Positions 9,423 through 19,589 are shown, counted from the first letter of the stretch. The stretch: DNA of 64,000 nt from Armatimonadota bacterium (GCA_038207085.1 JBBRAE010000002.1:1-64000); one strand, 5' to 3'. Notes: generated by a model not told the origin, from the letters alone. Made by a program: numbers and translations.

Positions 9423-11507
9423 TTGGAAATGGATTACACCGCAGCGCGCGGGTTTGCCCAGGAGTCTCCTGGGGGTTGGATATTTGAGATCGGAAACGGG
9501 TCGCTGACCCGCCGGATACAGGTGATCGGCGGCAGGATCGGCACGACCTCGCTCATTCATAACACGAATGCTGAGGAGTACCTGGAAGAAACGCTCGAAG
9601 AGTTCGCCGTGGAACTCACGAGGGGCGCGCAGAAGCTTACGCTGAGCTTCAGGGAGTTTGCCTATACAGGGCACGAGACTCCGAAGTGGGACGACGAGGA
9701 ACGCATTATACGTGTACACCTCGAAGCCGAGCTAGAAGGGACAAAGCTTCCTCTTACGCTCTGCTACCGGGCGCTTGGCGGCGCGGACTACATAAGCAAG
9801 TGGATCGAAATTGGCAAAAGCGACTCGGACTGGACCGTCGAGTCAATCACCATAGAGGCGATGCGCCTGAAGGAGATGGTCGAGGGCGTCTCGCCGATCT
9901 CGCGCTACCCTGGGCAGTTCCCCAGCGGTGAGGACGACGTTCACACCGACCCGCACCTGGCATCGACCGAAAACCCCAAAAGTCGCTTTGCGTTTACAGA
10001 GCGTTCGCGCTCGGTGCTGACCTACTGGGGTTTTAACGAAGGGTTCTACTTTTTCACCTGCGACCTGCTTGGCGTTGAGTCATTTGACAGCGGCAAGGGC
10101 CTGGTGATGCGCGCAAGGCGCTTCGCGCCCGCCTCCGAGGGCCTAGTGACAGGCGAAGCGGTGATCGGGGCGTACGCAGGGGAGCCGGAGATCGCTTTCA
10201 AGCGCTACCGGGAGTTTCTTTCCAAAAATTGGTGCGTGATGCGGGGCAAGAGCGTTCCGGTGGAGTGGAACAGCTGGTTTGTCACCCGCTCTGGCGGTCG
10301 CCCCGTGCTGACCGACTGCGAGCGCTACGTTATCTTGGAGCAGCTCCCCGCTATCTGCGAAGCGGGGTTCTACGACGCGCTGCACCTCGATCTCGGCTGG
10401 GAAGGCGGCAAGCCGCTCACCCCCGACGAGGGCAAGTTCCCGAACGGGCTCGATGAAATCGTCCGAAAAGCAAGCGAGTGTGGGCTTGACATGGCCTACT
10501 GGATCAACCCGTTTAGCTCCAACTACTGGAAAAGCACTATTGAAGAAGAGCACCCGGAGTGGCTGAACCCGGCCAAGATCTCGGGGCAATCCGGGGCGCA
10601 TGCGATCTGTCCGATGACGGGGTACTTCGACTTTGTGCGCGAGCGGCTGGTCGAGCTCGCCGAACGGCGCAACGCGCGACTCATTCTCTGGGACGGCAGC
10701 GACTGGAACATCCCCTACTGCACCGGGACCGAGCACGATCACACGTCGCAGGGCGAGTTTGAGGTGCGCGCGATGCTGAGACTTGCCGAACTTGCTCAGT
10801 CGGTACATGAGGCGCGGCCAGACGCTATCATCGCGGCGTTCAGCCTTCCGGCGGATAACCACAGGCTTGGGGTCCTCGACCAGCAGCAGGTCTCGGACAC
10901 CTATGCCTTCCCGACGGGCCAGGCGGAGCTTTTGCAGCGCCAGCAGATGTATCAGATGACCTGGGAGCACCCCTACGAGACGATCCGCTCAAGCTGGCAC
11001 GGCGTAAGCTGGCATGAGGCAAGCGCGGTTGACATGAAAGAGCGCTCCCTGCGCGAGCTGAAAACCGCGGTGATGAGCATGATAGGAAACGGGGCAAACC
11101 AGGCCGCGGGTTCGATCGATCTTGCGAGCGCACGGCCAGAGTTTGTAGAGTTCTTGAAGAAGCTTTTCGCCTGGCGCAAGCGTTTCGAGCGCTACTTCGG
11201 CGTCTACCAGCACGTTCTGGGGTTCCCGGACGGCGAGGCAATCGACGGCGAGGCACACTTTATCGATGGGGTGGGATTCATCGTCCTGGTGAACCCAAAA
11301 GACGAGCCTCAGGCGATCGACCTGCCCCTGTCCGAGCCGGAGCTTGAGCTGCCAACGGACAAGGCCGTATCGGTCTATGATTGGAGCGATTTCGAAAACG
11401 GTCGCTTCCTCGGGCGCGCGAAAGTTGGCAAAGAGTTTGAAGTGGAGCTTGCGGGCCTTGAAGTTCGGATAATCGGGGTGGACGTTTCTGAATCTGAGGC
11501 TGTATAA
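9423..11507 (+). CDS. Putative alpha-galactosidase-like glycoside hydrolase (GH36/clan D TIM barrel)
   Basis: WNSW, LHLDLGW, KFPNGL, YWINP, ILWD motifs; GGAGG RBS before TTG 9423 / ATG 9429. Confidence 0.65.
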   Translation: MEMDYTAARGFAQESPGGWIFEIGNGSLTRRIQVIGGRIGTTSLIHNTNAEEYLEETLEEFAVELTRGAQKLTLSFREFAYTGHETPKWDDEERIIRVHLEAELEGTKLPLTLCYRALGGADYISKWIEIGKSDSDWTVESITIEAMRLKEMVEGVSPISRYPGQFPSGEDDVHTDPHLASTENPKSRFAFTERSRSVLTYWGFNEGFYFFTCDLLGVESFDSGKGLVMRARRFAPASEGLVTGEAVIGAYAGEPEIAFKRYREFLSKNWCVMRGKSVPVEWNSWFVTRSGGRPVLTDCERYVILEQLPAICEAGFYDALHLDLGWEGGKPLTPDEGKFPNGLDEIVRKASECGLDMAYWINPFSSNYWKSTIEEEHPEWLNPAKISGQSGAHAICPMTGYFDFVRERLVELAERRNARLILWDGSDWNIPYCTGTEHDHTSQGEFEVRAMLRLAELAQSVHEARPDAIIAAFSLPADNHRLGVLDQQQVSDTYAFPTGQAELLQRQQMYQMTWEHPYETIRSSWHGVSWHEASAVDMKERSLRELKTAVMSMIGNGANQAAGSIDLASARPEFVEFLKKLFAWRKRFERYFGVYQHVLGFPDGEAIDGEAHFIDGVGFIVLVNPKDEPQAIDLPLSEPELELPTDKAVSVYDWSDFENGRFLGRAKVGKEFEVELAGLEVRIIGVDVSESEAV

Positions 11508-11535
11508 TGTTGTCAGATGATGCAGGGGTAAGTGA

Positions 11536-12546
11536 ATGAGTATACCGGCACCACTGGACAACTGGCGACTTCAAATAGATATACCCGACTCGAACTGTCA
11601 GAGGGATCTTAAAACAGCCATTGCGGAGCACTACGAACTGCTTGTCACGAGCACCGACTCGCCATACGACAGGCTGTCAGATAGAGCCGCCTATGTACTG
11701 TCTGACGCCATAGAGTGGCTGAACGCTGCGCCGCACTGCAGCATTCAGGCTGTTGTCACGGATCCTCCGTATGGACTAATTGAGTATGAATCCAAAGATC
11801 TTCAGAAAATGAGGAAAGGCGGAGCTGGAGTCTGGAGAATACCCCCAACGTTCGATGGCAGCAAACGCAGCCCACTGCCTAGATTTACTGTCCTATCATG
11901 CGGTGACATGGAACGGCTCTACAGCTTCTTCCTCGACATGGCAAATAGCCTGAAACGAGTGCTGGTACCAGGTGGGCATATCTTCATAGCTTCGAACCCA
12001 CTTCTGTCAACAATGACTTTTCACGCGCTCCAAAGTGCTGGGCTTGAAAAGCGTGGAGAGGTAATAAGGCTCGTGCAAACCCTGCGAGGCGGAGATAGAC
12101 CCAAAGGCGCCGAGACTGAGTTCCCCGATGTGTGCGTTATGCCTCGTTCCTGCTGGGAGCCTTGGGGCATCTTCAGAAAACCATTTGATGGTACCGTCGC
12201 TGAAAACCTCCGACGTTGGGGAACTGGCGGGCTGAGAAGAATCTCAGGTGCAGAGCCTTTCAAAGACGTCATCACCTGTCCACCGGCACGTGGTGAAGAG
12301 CGTCGCATAGCACCACATCCATCACTTAAGCCCCAGCGGTTTCTCAGGCAGATAGTCCGAGCATCACTGCCGGTCGGCCTTGGAATAGTGTACGATCCTT
12401 TCGCAGGAAGTGGGTCCACACTGGCTGCTGCAGAGGCACTGGGTTATTATTCAGTAGGCACAGATCGCGATGAAGAATACGCCAAGATGGGTGCAGCAGC
12501 GTTCCATAAACTAGCCCGCCTGAAAGTGGACACTAGTGACTGTTGA
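11536..12546 (+). CDS. Site-specific DNA methyltransferase (N4C/N6A, beta-class order)
   Basis: VTDPPY catalytic motif precedes HPSLKP and YDPFAGSGST SAM motif. Confidence 0.9.
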   Translation: MSIPAPLDNWRLQIDIPDSNCQRDLKTAIAEHYELLVTSTDSPYDRLSDRAAYVLSDAIEWLNAAPHCSIQAVVTDPPYGLIEYESKDLQKMRKGGAGVWRIPPTFDGSKRSPLPRFTVLSCGDMERLYSFFLDMANSLKRVLVPGGHIFIASNPLLSTMTFHALQSAGLEKRGEVIRLVQTLRGGDRPKGAETEFPDVCVMPRSCWEPWGIFRKPFDGTVAENLRRWGTGGLRRISGAEPFKDVITCPPARGEERRIAPHPSLKPQRFLRQIVRASLPVGLGIVYDPFAGSGSTLAAAEALGYYSVGTDRDEEYAKMGAAAFHKLARLKVDTSDC

Positions 12547-13537
12547 GCAACTATTCGAGGAGTTTACCTCCGGTTTTCCCAGGCGCAAGTTTACAGCAGG
12601 TCTGCTGGTGGCTTTGATCGATATGATGCTACACCTCAATGTGCCAGAAGCTCAATATGCATCTCTGGATGACTTCTATGCCGACCACCCAAGACAAATG
12701 ACTTTTGGCGCTGGCAAACTAGCAAACACTCTCATTGTGGCTATCGGCGATGGTAAGACTGTCAGTCTACGCAACTTTTACGATGCGGCAGAGAGGTATT
12801 TCAGAGCGGAACAGAAGAGATTCGATTACCCTTCTTGCGCTCCGCATGCCACGCAGGCCTGGACCGACTATACAAGTTGGTTGGACTGGCTAGTTAGTTT
12901 TCCTCGGGTCGAGCTGGAATCGCTCAGAAAACAAGTCACCAACTATGTTCTGCAGACGCTACCAAGCCACGAGTTTGAAGCGGGTTCGGTTCCGATAGAA
13001 CAACCTCTGTTCCAGCACATTCTCACCTCCTTCGATCTCAAACCTGTTAAGGGTGAACCAACGGGAGCTGCATTTCAGGGAGTCGTTTTTGGATTTCTCC
13101 GAGCTGACAACCCTCATTTACAGGTCGAGATAGACAAGGTAAGGGTTGGATCAAAACGCCTTCAGAGGGTGGGAGATATTGACGGATGGGAAGGTGCGAG
13201 ACTCGCCATATCTGCTGAAGTGAAGCAATATGTCCTTGGTTCCGGTTCGGGAGCGCACCTTGCTGGTTTTGCCAGTGAAGTCGCACGCAGGGGAACTTTG
13301 GGACTAGTTGTGGCTCTCGGTTTCGAAGACGGAGTTAGAGAGAGTATCGAAGAACTTGGTCTAATCGCCTTGGACTTAGGGGACCTGGCAAAGGTGGTAG
13401 AACTCTGGGATCCAGTCAAGCAGCGTACTGCAGTGACTTCAATGGTGTACTATGTGCAACATGTTGAGAAGAACTCAAATCTCGCAGCCAGGCTGACTAA
13501 GTTCGTCAAATCCGCCTCGGAACCAAGCTGTCAATAG
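12536..13537 (+). CDS. Putative type II restriction endonuclease (PD-(D/E)xK)
   Basis: Overlaps the MTase; VGDIDGW...AEVKQ catalytic-like motif; visibly more AT-rich than flanks. Confidence 0.6.
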   Translation: MTVEQLFEEFTSGFPRRKFTAGLLVALIDMMLHLNVPEAQYASLDDFYADHPRQMTFGAGKLANTLIVAIGDGKTVSLRNFYDAAERYFRAEQKRFDYPSCAPHATQAWTDYTSWLDWLVSFPRVELESLRKQVTNYVLQTLPSHEFEAGSVPIEQPLFQHILTSFDLKPVKGEPTGAAFQGVVFGFLRADNPHLQVEIDKVRVGSKRLQRVGDIDGWEGARLAISAEVKQYVLGSGSGAHLAGFASEVARRGTLGLVVALGFEDGVRESIEELGLIALDLGDLAKVVELWDPVKQRTAVTSMVYYVQHVEKNSNLAARLTKFVKSASEPSCQ

Positions 13538-13540
13538 CGT

Positions 13541-13572
13541 TGACGGCGTCAGGAGACTTCCCGACGCCGTCA
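13541..13572. terminator. Hairpin between convergent genes
   Basis: TGACGGCGTC...GACGCCGTCA inverted repeat. Confidence 0.6.
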
Positions 13573-13589
13573 GAACACTTGGAACTGCC

Positions 13590-13760
13590 TTACGGAAGGC
13601 TAATAGCCTCGGTCGGGCACTGATCTGCGCAGACGCCGCAGTCGATGCAGTCGTCGTTGCAGGACAGCTTCTCGTTCTCAATTGCAAGAGCGGTCACCGG
13701 GCAGCAATCGGTGCATGCGCCACATGTTGTACACTTCTCGTCGTCAATGATAATGGCCAC
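13590..13760 (-). CDS. 2x[4Fe-4S] ferredoxin, 56 aa (absent from ORF track)
   Basis: MAIIIDDEKCTTCGACTDCCPVTALAIENEKLSCNDDCIDCGVCADQCPTEAISLP; two CxxCxxCxxxCP motifs; AAGGAG RBS, GTG start. Confidence 0.9.
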   Translation of the reverse strand: MAIIIDDEKCTTCGACTDCCPVTALAIENEKLSCNDDCIDCGVCADQCPTEAISLP

Positions 13761-13867
13761 TTAAAATACTCCTTTGTTGCGTTGTTGCTGCGCCGCCAAA
13801 AACGGCACAACCCTAAATCCTATCTATTTTCCCACGACAGGCCCCTTTGCGTCAAGAGACTCTGCAG

Positions 13868-15016
13868 CTAATAATACACAAGCTGGGTCTGCTTGCCCAT
13901 CACGTCGAGCCGGTGGGCGAGGTTCTCGACTACCGTGCGCCGCAGAAAGATCGACTCGGGGAGCCCGGTGTTCTGGTGGGCGGCGTTTCGGGCGGTGCCG
14001 ACCATAAAGGTGATTCCGTCGGCCTCCATCAGTTTTTCGATCAAAAGCGTCGCGGCGTTGGTCTGATACTTGGGCTGTCCCGACTTCAGGTACTCCCCCG
14101 CGCGGCTCAGGGTGAGAATCCCTTCGGTGACGAGGTCGACCCCTCGAATCTTGCCTACGGGAGGCAGGTCTGTGTCCAGGAACCGCTCGTCCATCTCCAG
14201 ATCGCACTTGAAATAGTCGGCAACGAGGTGTGAGCTTGTGCCGCCGCAGACGATGCGCATGCCACGGCTCTCACCAAAGTCCTTCATCATCTTGGGGACA
14301 AGCGCGCGGTCTGAGGGAGGGCCAGTCAGCACGGTCGCAAGTTTGGCCTTGCGGTACTTGGCGCATAGGACGGTGCCGTCGTCGCCGGGGCGGCCTCCCC
14401 AGTAGCCAAGCGCCTTGTCCGCGACGTGGTTTGCTATCTTCTCATACTCTCCGGGGATCCCGGGAGAAAGTTCCGTGACGAAGTCGAGCACCCCTTCCTC
14501 CTGCCAGCCCATCGGAAGCCCCTCGCCTACCCCCGCGTAGACTATGCCGTCGCTGTAGAGCATGAGCATGTCGCCGGGGCGCATCCTGAAATATGACTCG
14601 CGGATGGTCTTGTCACAGATCGTAAGCTCGGTGTGGGAGATGGTGCGGGGACGCGCGCCGTCCGCGAAGTGGATCGTCGCTGGTGAGTCGTACTCGGCTA
14701 TAGTCACCTGCCCCGTGTCGTAGATTCTGGCCATCGTGAATGTCGAGTAGGCGATATTTCGCCACTTGCACACGGGAAGGGTCGCGATCAGGCTTTCGAC
14801 GATCTCACGGAGCGACAGCCCACCCTCGAACATCCCGGAGGCGAGCTCGACCGTAAGCGTCGCAAGCACGTTGGCCTTGACGCCGCTACCGAGGCCGTCC
14901 GAGAGCACGATGATCGTCGAGTCAGGCGTCTGACTGACTTTCACCGCGTCCCCACAGATGTCCTCGCCCTTTTTTGAGAACTGGCGCGTCGCTATGTCTA
15001 CTGCGTAACGTTTCAT
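13868..15016 (-). CDS. SpoIIE/PP2C-family Ser/Thr phosphatase, hydrogenase-associated (HfsC-like)
   Basis: CGD, VLSDGLGSGVKAN, YSDG, GDDGT motifs; downstream of HydS. Confidence 0.85.
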   Translation of the reverse strand: MKRYAVDIATRQFSKKGEDICGDAVKVSQTPDSTIIVLSDGLGSGVKANVLATLTVELASGMFEGGLSLREIVESLIATLPVCKWRNIAYSTFTMARIYDTGQVTIAEYDSPATIHFADGARPRTISHTELTICDKTIRESYFRMRPGDMLMLYSDGIVYAGVGEGLPMGWQEEGVLDFVTELSPGIPGEYEKIANHVADKALGYWGGRPGDDGTVLCAKYRKAKLATVLTGPPSDRALVPKMMKDFGESRGMRIVCGGTSSHLVADYFKCDLEMDERFLDTDLPPVGKIRGVDLVTEGILTLSRAGEYLKSGQPKYQTNAATLLIEKLMEADGITFMVGTARNAAHQNTGLPESIFLRRTVVENLAHRLDVMGKQTQLVYY

Positions 15017-15019
15017 GAT

Positions 15020-15087
15020 AGGGGATAGGGGCTGGGGCTGGGGCTGGGGCTGGTATTTCCTACCCCTAACCTCTAGCCCCCAAGCCC
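15020..15087. repeat. Short G-rich/C-rich tandem repeats forming an imperfect inverted pair
   Basis: (GGGGCT)n followed by CCCCTAACCTCTAGCCCCCAAGCCC. Confidence 0.7.
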
Positions 15088-16815
15088 TTATTTATTGTCC
15101 TCAGACTCTTTCAAAAGCTCCGTAAGCTTGTGCAAAAGCACTCGGGTTTCACTTGTCGTTTCGCCGAGGATGCTTGCGATCTCCTGGGCCATGGTCATCT
15201 GCTTTTCGATGACTTGCGCCGCGTTTTGGAGGGTCTCTTCCCTGATATGGTCGAGGCGCGAAAGCCCTTCGGTTGATTTGTCGACGTTTGCGAGAATGCC
15301 GACGGTGAACTCCTCTTCGTCCAGGCGATAGATGTTCAGGCTGCCGCTCACGTGGTAATTCGGGAAGCTTACCTGCTTGTTTGTTATACGATCGACCACT
15401 TTAGCTGTGACCTGCTCGAAGTCGCCGGGGTCCATCAGGATGCTTAGCGGCTTGCCGATAAGGCCCGGGGTGCAGGAAAACGTCTCTGCGAAAGCGGGAT
15501 TGAACTCAACGACCCGGAGGTTGGTGTCGACGATCACGATGGCGTTCGGGCTTTCGTCGATGATCTGGTCGGCGCGCCGCTCCGCAAGTTTTCTCATCCA
15601 CGGGATGCACATGGAATACTCCGCCATACCCGAGATCACCGCGATTGCGTTGTCCCGGCAGGAGTGATAACCACACGCGCCGCAGTTGAGCTCATCCTCG
15701 GGGGTCGTCTTGCCGGTCTGGGCAAGCACGGCGCGGATGGCCTCCTCGGAAGCGGTCACTTTGGGGATCTCGCGCTCGTTTACGTTCATGGACAGGTCAA
15801 CGTCCTTCATCGCGCTGCGGATGTCTTCTTCAGTCGACTTCTTTTGCGCGCGCTTTTCGTGCTGAAGAACCCTGCTTCGACGTTTGAAAAGCCCCTTCAT
15901 CCCGCCAAACGCGGGGCCGTTGATGCACCCGCCGGGGCAGAGCAGCGCCTCAAAAAGCTTGATCGAACCGCCTTCGTAGAGCCCTGAGAGCATCTCATCG
16001 ATCTCGACCCCGCCTGAGACCGCCGCAAAGTCCTGCCTAAGGAGCCCGGGCTGCATCGAAGCGGCAAGGGCGAGGCCGCCTTCGAGTGGGAAAAGCCGCG
16101 CCTGCGCGCCGGGGATGTCGTCCATCTCGGCCGAGCGCAACTGCTCTTTCTTCACGTTGCCGAAATCTATCCACTCGCGAATCTCTTCAAAAGTGAGCAC
16201 CGCATCGACCACTCCCGCGACCTCCGGCTGCTCGGCCTCCGCCTTTTTCGCGGCGCACGGGCCGATAAAGACTACTTTGGAGTCCTCGCCGTATTTGCCC
16301 CTCAAGTACCGAGCGTGGGCGATCATGGGAGAGACTACGGGGGTGATGTGCCCGAGGAGGTCGGGGTGATACTTTGCGATCAGGTCGACGAGCGCGGGGC
16401 AGGCCGACGAGACATAGGTCTGGGGTTCTTCCTCCACCAAGCGCGCCGTTTCGCGCGCGACCATCTCGGCGCCTACCGCAGTCTCAGTGACCATGCCAAA
16501 GCCGAAGTGCTTGAGGAGCGCGGAAAACAGCCCGCCGCCGTAGTCGGGGAACGCGGCGACGTAGGACGGGGCGACCGATGCGACGACCCGCTCGCCCGAG
16601 GAGATCATATCCTGAACGCGCCCAAGGTCGCTTCGGACCTGTTTTGCCTGCTGGGGACACTCGCGGACGCACGTGCCGCAGACGATGCAGCGTTTGGGCT
16701 CGACCTGCGCCTGGCCCTCGCTCATCCTGATAGCCTTTACAGGGCAGACGCGAACGCACCTGTAGCAGTCCCTGCACCGGGCCTTGTTGGTCGATACTAT
16801 GCCCTGATTCGACAT
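15088..16815 (-). CDS. hydS: Sensory group C [FeFe]-hydrogenase with FeS and PAS domains (HydS/HfsB-like)
   Basis: N-terminal 2x[4Fe-4S]; altered H-cluster motifs SSACP, GPCAAKKAE, EALLCPGGCING; NCGACGY..C FeS; C-terminal PAS (IIDESPNAIVIVD..VVEFNPAF). Confidence 0.85.
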   Translation of the reverse strand: MSNQGIVSTNKARCRDCYRCVRVCPVKAIRMSEGQAQVEPKRCIVCGTCVRECPQQAKQVRSDLGRVQDMISSGERVVASVAPSYVAAFPDYGGGLFSALLKHFGFGMVTETAVGAEMVARETARLVEEEPQTYVSSACPALVDLIAKYHPDLLGHITPVVSPMIAHARYLRGKYGEDSKVVFIGPCAAKKAEAEQPEVAGVVDAVLTFEEIREWIDFGNVKKEQLRSAEMDDIPGAQARLFPLEGGLALAASMQPGLLRQDFAAVSGGVEIDEMLSGLYEGGSIKLFEALLCPGGCINGPAFGGMKGLFKRRSRVLQHEKRAQKKSTEEDIRSAMKDVDLSMNVNEREIPKVTASEEAIRAVLAQTGKTTPEDELNCGACGYHSCRDNAIAVISGMAEYSMCIPWMRKLAERRADQIIDESPNAIVIVDTNLRVVEFNPAFAETFSCTPGLIGKPLSILMDPGDFEQVTAKVVDRITNKQVSFPNYHVSGSLNIYRLDEEEFTVGILANVDKSTEGLSRLDHIREETLQNAAQVIEKQMTMAQEIASILGETTSETRVLLHKLTELLKESEDNK

Positions 16816-16830
16816 GTTTTATCTCCGGGG

Positions 16831-17091
16831 TTAGTCGTCAGCCCTGACCACCTTGGCTATCACAAACTCTTGGAAGAAACTATCAGCCTTGTCCGGGGTG
16901 ATTCCCCCATAGACCGTGCCGTCGACTACGACGTTTGGGGCACGCACGCAGCCCTCTACACACAAATCCGCCGCGAGCGCGACCCGGTCGGCCAGATCGT
17001 TGCTTTCGATCAAAGATTTGAAGACCTTCAGTGTTTTGGCCCCACCCCTGATATGACAGGAGCTGCCTACGCAGACCTTGACTTCGATCAT
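16831..17091 (-). CDS. Thioredoxin-like [2Fe-2S] ferredoxin (HfsA-like)
   Basis: VCVGSSCH...LCVEGC..PNV. Confidence 0.85.
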   Translation of the reverse strand: MIEVKVCVGSSCHIRGGAKTLKVFKSLIESNDLADRVALAADLCVEGCVRAPNVVVDGTVYGGITPDKADSFFQEFVIAKVVRADD

Positions 17092-17216
17092 TCTCCAGGA
17101 CCTCCGTCCCTTCAGGAATGCAAAGTAGATATGTGAAGTGCAAAACTCGGGACTGACTCAGCTTGGGAGGTTCTGTTAGCTTCCATTTGCTGTGGGATAT
17201 TGATAGATTTGTGTAA

Positions 17217-17347
17217 CGCACCCTTCGAGAGCCTCAGGGTGATGGGTATTGGCTTGGGTGAAGGTATGAGAGATTGTACCGCGACTACCAATCTATCAAA
17301 TATAGATCAATCCAAAACCAATCACGTTGAGGCTCTCGAAACGTGCG
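17217..17347. repeat. REP-like family C doublet (inverted pair)
   Basis: CGCACCCTTCGAGAGCCTCAGGGTGAT with inverted partner at 17321-17347; first 44 nt recur at 53120-53163. Confidence 0.8.
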
Positions 17348-17489
17348 CTCCACCCTAAGATTCGGCGTTCACCAACACACTCGAAGCTACTCCCAAACCA
17401 CCCGCCAGTCAGTTTTCAATTTGCACTCTGCATTTTGCATTACCTTAAGTATACACGGTTTTTCCTGGACTGGTAATAAACTTAAGAAC

Positions 17490-17530
17490 AAAAAAGGGTC
17501 AGAAATCAGGAATTACCCGACTTCTGACCC
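17490..17530 (-). terminator. Intrinsic terminator after hydA
   Basis: GGGTCAGAA...TTCTGACCC hairpin with U6 tract on minus strand. Confidence 0.8.
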
Positions 17531-17545
17531 CGTTAGCGGCTTATA

Positions 17546-19579
17546 CTACTTCTTTACGGCTACTTTGCCCTTCTCGGCGGCGGCTTTCACCGTCTGGTTG
17601 AAGAACTCGACGGCCTTTTCGGGGGTGATCCCACCGTAGACCGTGTCTCCAACCCGCACGTTCGGGCTCTGCTTGCACTTCTCGAAGCAGAACGTCGCCT
17701 TGAAGTCGAGCTTATCGGCGACGCCAGCCTGCTTGGCAAGCTCGGTCAGCTTGTTCAGGGTGTCGTAGGAACCCTTCAGGTAGCAGTTGGTCCCGACGCA
17801 GACAGATACGGGGATCTTCTCATCGACCTCGCTGACCTCGGTCAGCTCCACCTGCTCGCCCTGGATTCTGCGGCGCGACCTGTAGCTCGTGTGCAGCAGC
17901 TTGTGGGCAACCTTGCCGTTCGGCTTGCCGAGCATCGAGGTGTAGGCTTCCTTGACGTAGGGGTTGTCCGCAGCGTTGTGCAGCGGCTGAACCGCGTCGC
18001 AGTCGTAGAGCATGTTCTTGCGGGTCTCGCGGGCTTCCATATCGTTTGGAAGCGGCTGGCCGCCTCCACCGATGCACCCGCCCCGGCAGGCCATAATCTC
18101 GATGATATCGTACTCGACCTCACCCTTGCGCAGCTTCTCAAGGACGGTGCGGGCGTTTGAAAGGCCGCTTAGAACCGCAAGGCGAATCGTTTTGTCGCCG
18201 AGCTGGATTGAAGCTTCCTTCAGGCCTTCGAGTCCGCGCACTTCCTTGAACTCCAGTGTGCGCCCGTCGGTGCGCGTTCCCGCCGCAGCCAGCCTAAGGA
18301 CTGCCTCAGCGACTCCGCCCGATGCCCCGAAGATCACGCCTGCGCCGGTCTTGAAACCAAAGGGCAGGTCCATCGACTCCGGCGGGAGCATCGCAAGGTT
18401 CAGGCCGGACATTCTGATCATCTTGATCATTTCCTGGCTTGAAAGCACTGCGTCCACGTCCTGGACACCGTCGACCATAAACTCGCGGCGCTTGGCCTCG
18501 AACTTCTTGGCCGTGCAGGGCATCACGGAGACGACGTAGACTTCCTCACGCCCGAGGCTATCGTGCTCGCCCATATACTCTTTGATGAGCGACCCGAACA
18601 TCTGCTGCGGGCTCTTGCAGCTTGACAGGTTGCCGATAAAGTCCGGGTAGAACTGTTCGGCGAACTTGACCCAGGCCGGGCAGCAGCTCGTGAACTGTGG
18701 CAGCTTCTCGCCTGACTCGACGCGGGTGAGGAACTCGGTCGCCTCTTCAACGGTCGTCAGGTCGGCTGCAAAGCTCGTGTCGTAGACCTTGTCAAACCCC
18801 ATTCGTCGAAGCGCGGTGACTGATTTCGCCATCGCCTCCTCGCCGCCGTGGATTCCGAACTCAAGGGCGACCGCAGCGCGGACCGCAGGTGCGATCTGAA
18901 CGACGACTTTCTTGCTCTTGTCGTGAATCGCGGCCCAAACGTCGTCGATCTTGTTTTTTACGGTAAGTGCGCCGGTCGGGCAGATGCTCACGCACTGGCC
19001 GCAGAAGACGCACTCGACCTGCTTCAGGTCTTTGCCAAAGGCGGGGGTGACACGAGCGTCTGAGCCTCGGCCCGCGAAATCAAGGACGCCGATGCCCTGG
19101 ACCTCTTTGCACATACGCACGCAGTCCCCGCAGAGGATGCACTTGTTCGGGTCACGCACAAGCGACTCGTTTGAGTCATCGATCGGAAGCAGCTCTTCCT
19201 TGGGGTCCTCGAAACGAATCTCTTTGACGCCCATCCGCTCGGCGAGCTCCTGCAGGCGGCAGTGAGTGTTCTTCTCACACGTCTGGCAGTTGCCGTGGTG
19301 GTTCGCGAGCATAAGCTCAAGGCTCATCCGCCTGATTCGAAGCGCCGCCTCGGTGTTGGTCTTGACGACCATTCCATCCTCGGGCGGGGTCGAACAGGTC
19401 GGCTGAATGCCTCTGCCTTCAACCTCGGCTATACACATCCGGCACGCGCCGTAAACCGACAGGTCGGAGTGATAGCAGAAGGTCGGCAGGTCCACGCCGG
19501 ACTTTCGGATGACCTCGAGCAGGTTCTTTTCGTCCCCGATCGCGACCTTTACTCCATCAACTGTGACAAATCCTTCCAT
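17546..19579 (-). CDS. hydA: Electron-bifurcating [FeFe]-hydrogenase catalytic subunit (group A3) with C-terminal [2Fe-2S] domain
   Basis: L1 TSCCPAW, L2 MPCTAKKFE, L3 EIMACRGGCIGGGGQP; N-terminal FeS clusters; C-terminal VCVGTNC..FCFEKC. Confidence 0.95.
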   Translation of the reverse strand: MEGFVTVDGVKVAIGDEKNLLEVIRKSGVDLPTFCYHSDLSVYGACRMCIAEVEGRGIQPTCSTPPEDGMVVKTNTEAALRIRRMSLELMLANHHGNCQTCEKNTHCRLQELAERMGVKEIRFEDPKEELLPIDDSNESLVRDPNKCILCGDCVRMCKEVQGIGVLDFAGRGSDARVTPAFGKDLKQVECVFCGQCVSICPTGALTVKNKIDDVWAAIHDKSKKVVVQIAPAVRAAVALEFGIHGGEEAMAKSVTALRRMGFDKVYDTSFAADLTTVEEATEFLTRVESGEKLPQFTSCCPAWVKFAEQFYPDFIGNLSSCKSPQQMFGSLIKEYMGEHDSLGREEVYVVSVMPCTAKKFEAKRREFMVDGVQDVDAVLSSQEMIKMIRMSGLNLAMLPPESMDLPFGFKTGAGVIFGASGGVAEAVLRLAAAGTRTDGRTLEFKEVRGLEGLKEASIQLGDKTIRLAVLSGLSNARTVLEKLRKGEVEYDIIEIMACRGGCIGGGGQPLPNDMEARETRKNMLYDCDAVQPLHNAADNPYVKEAYTSMLGKPNGKVAHKLLHTSYRSRRRIQGEQVELTEVSEVDEKIPVSVCVGTNCYLKGSYDTLNKLTELAKQAGVADKLDFKATFCFEKCKQSPNVRVGDTVYGGITPEKAVEFFNQTVKAAAEKGKVAVKK

Positions 19580-19589
19580 CGCTCACTCC

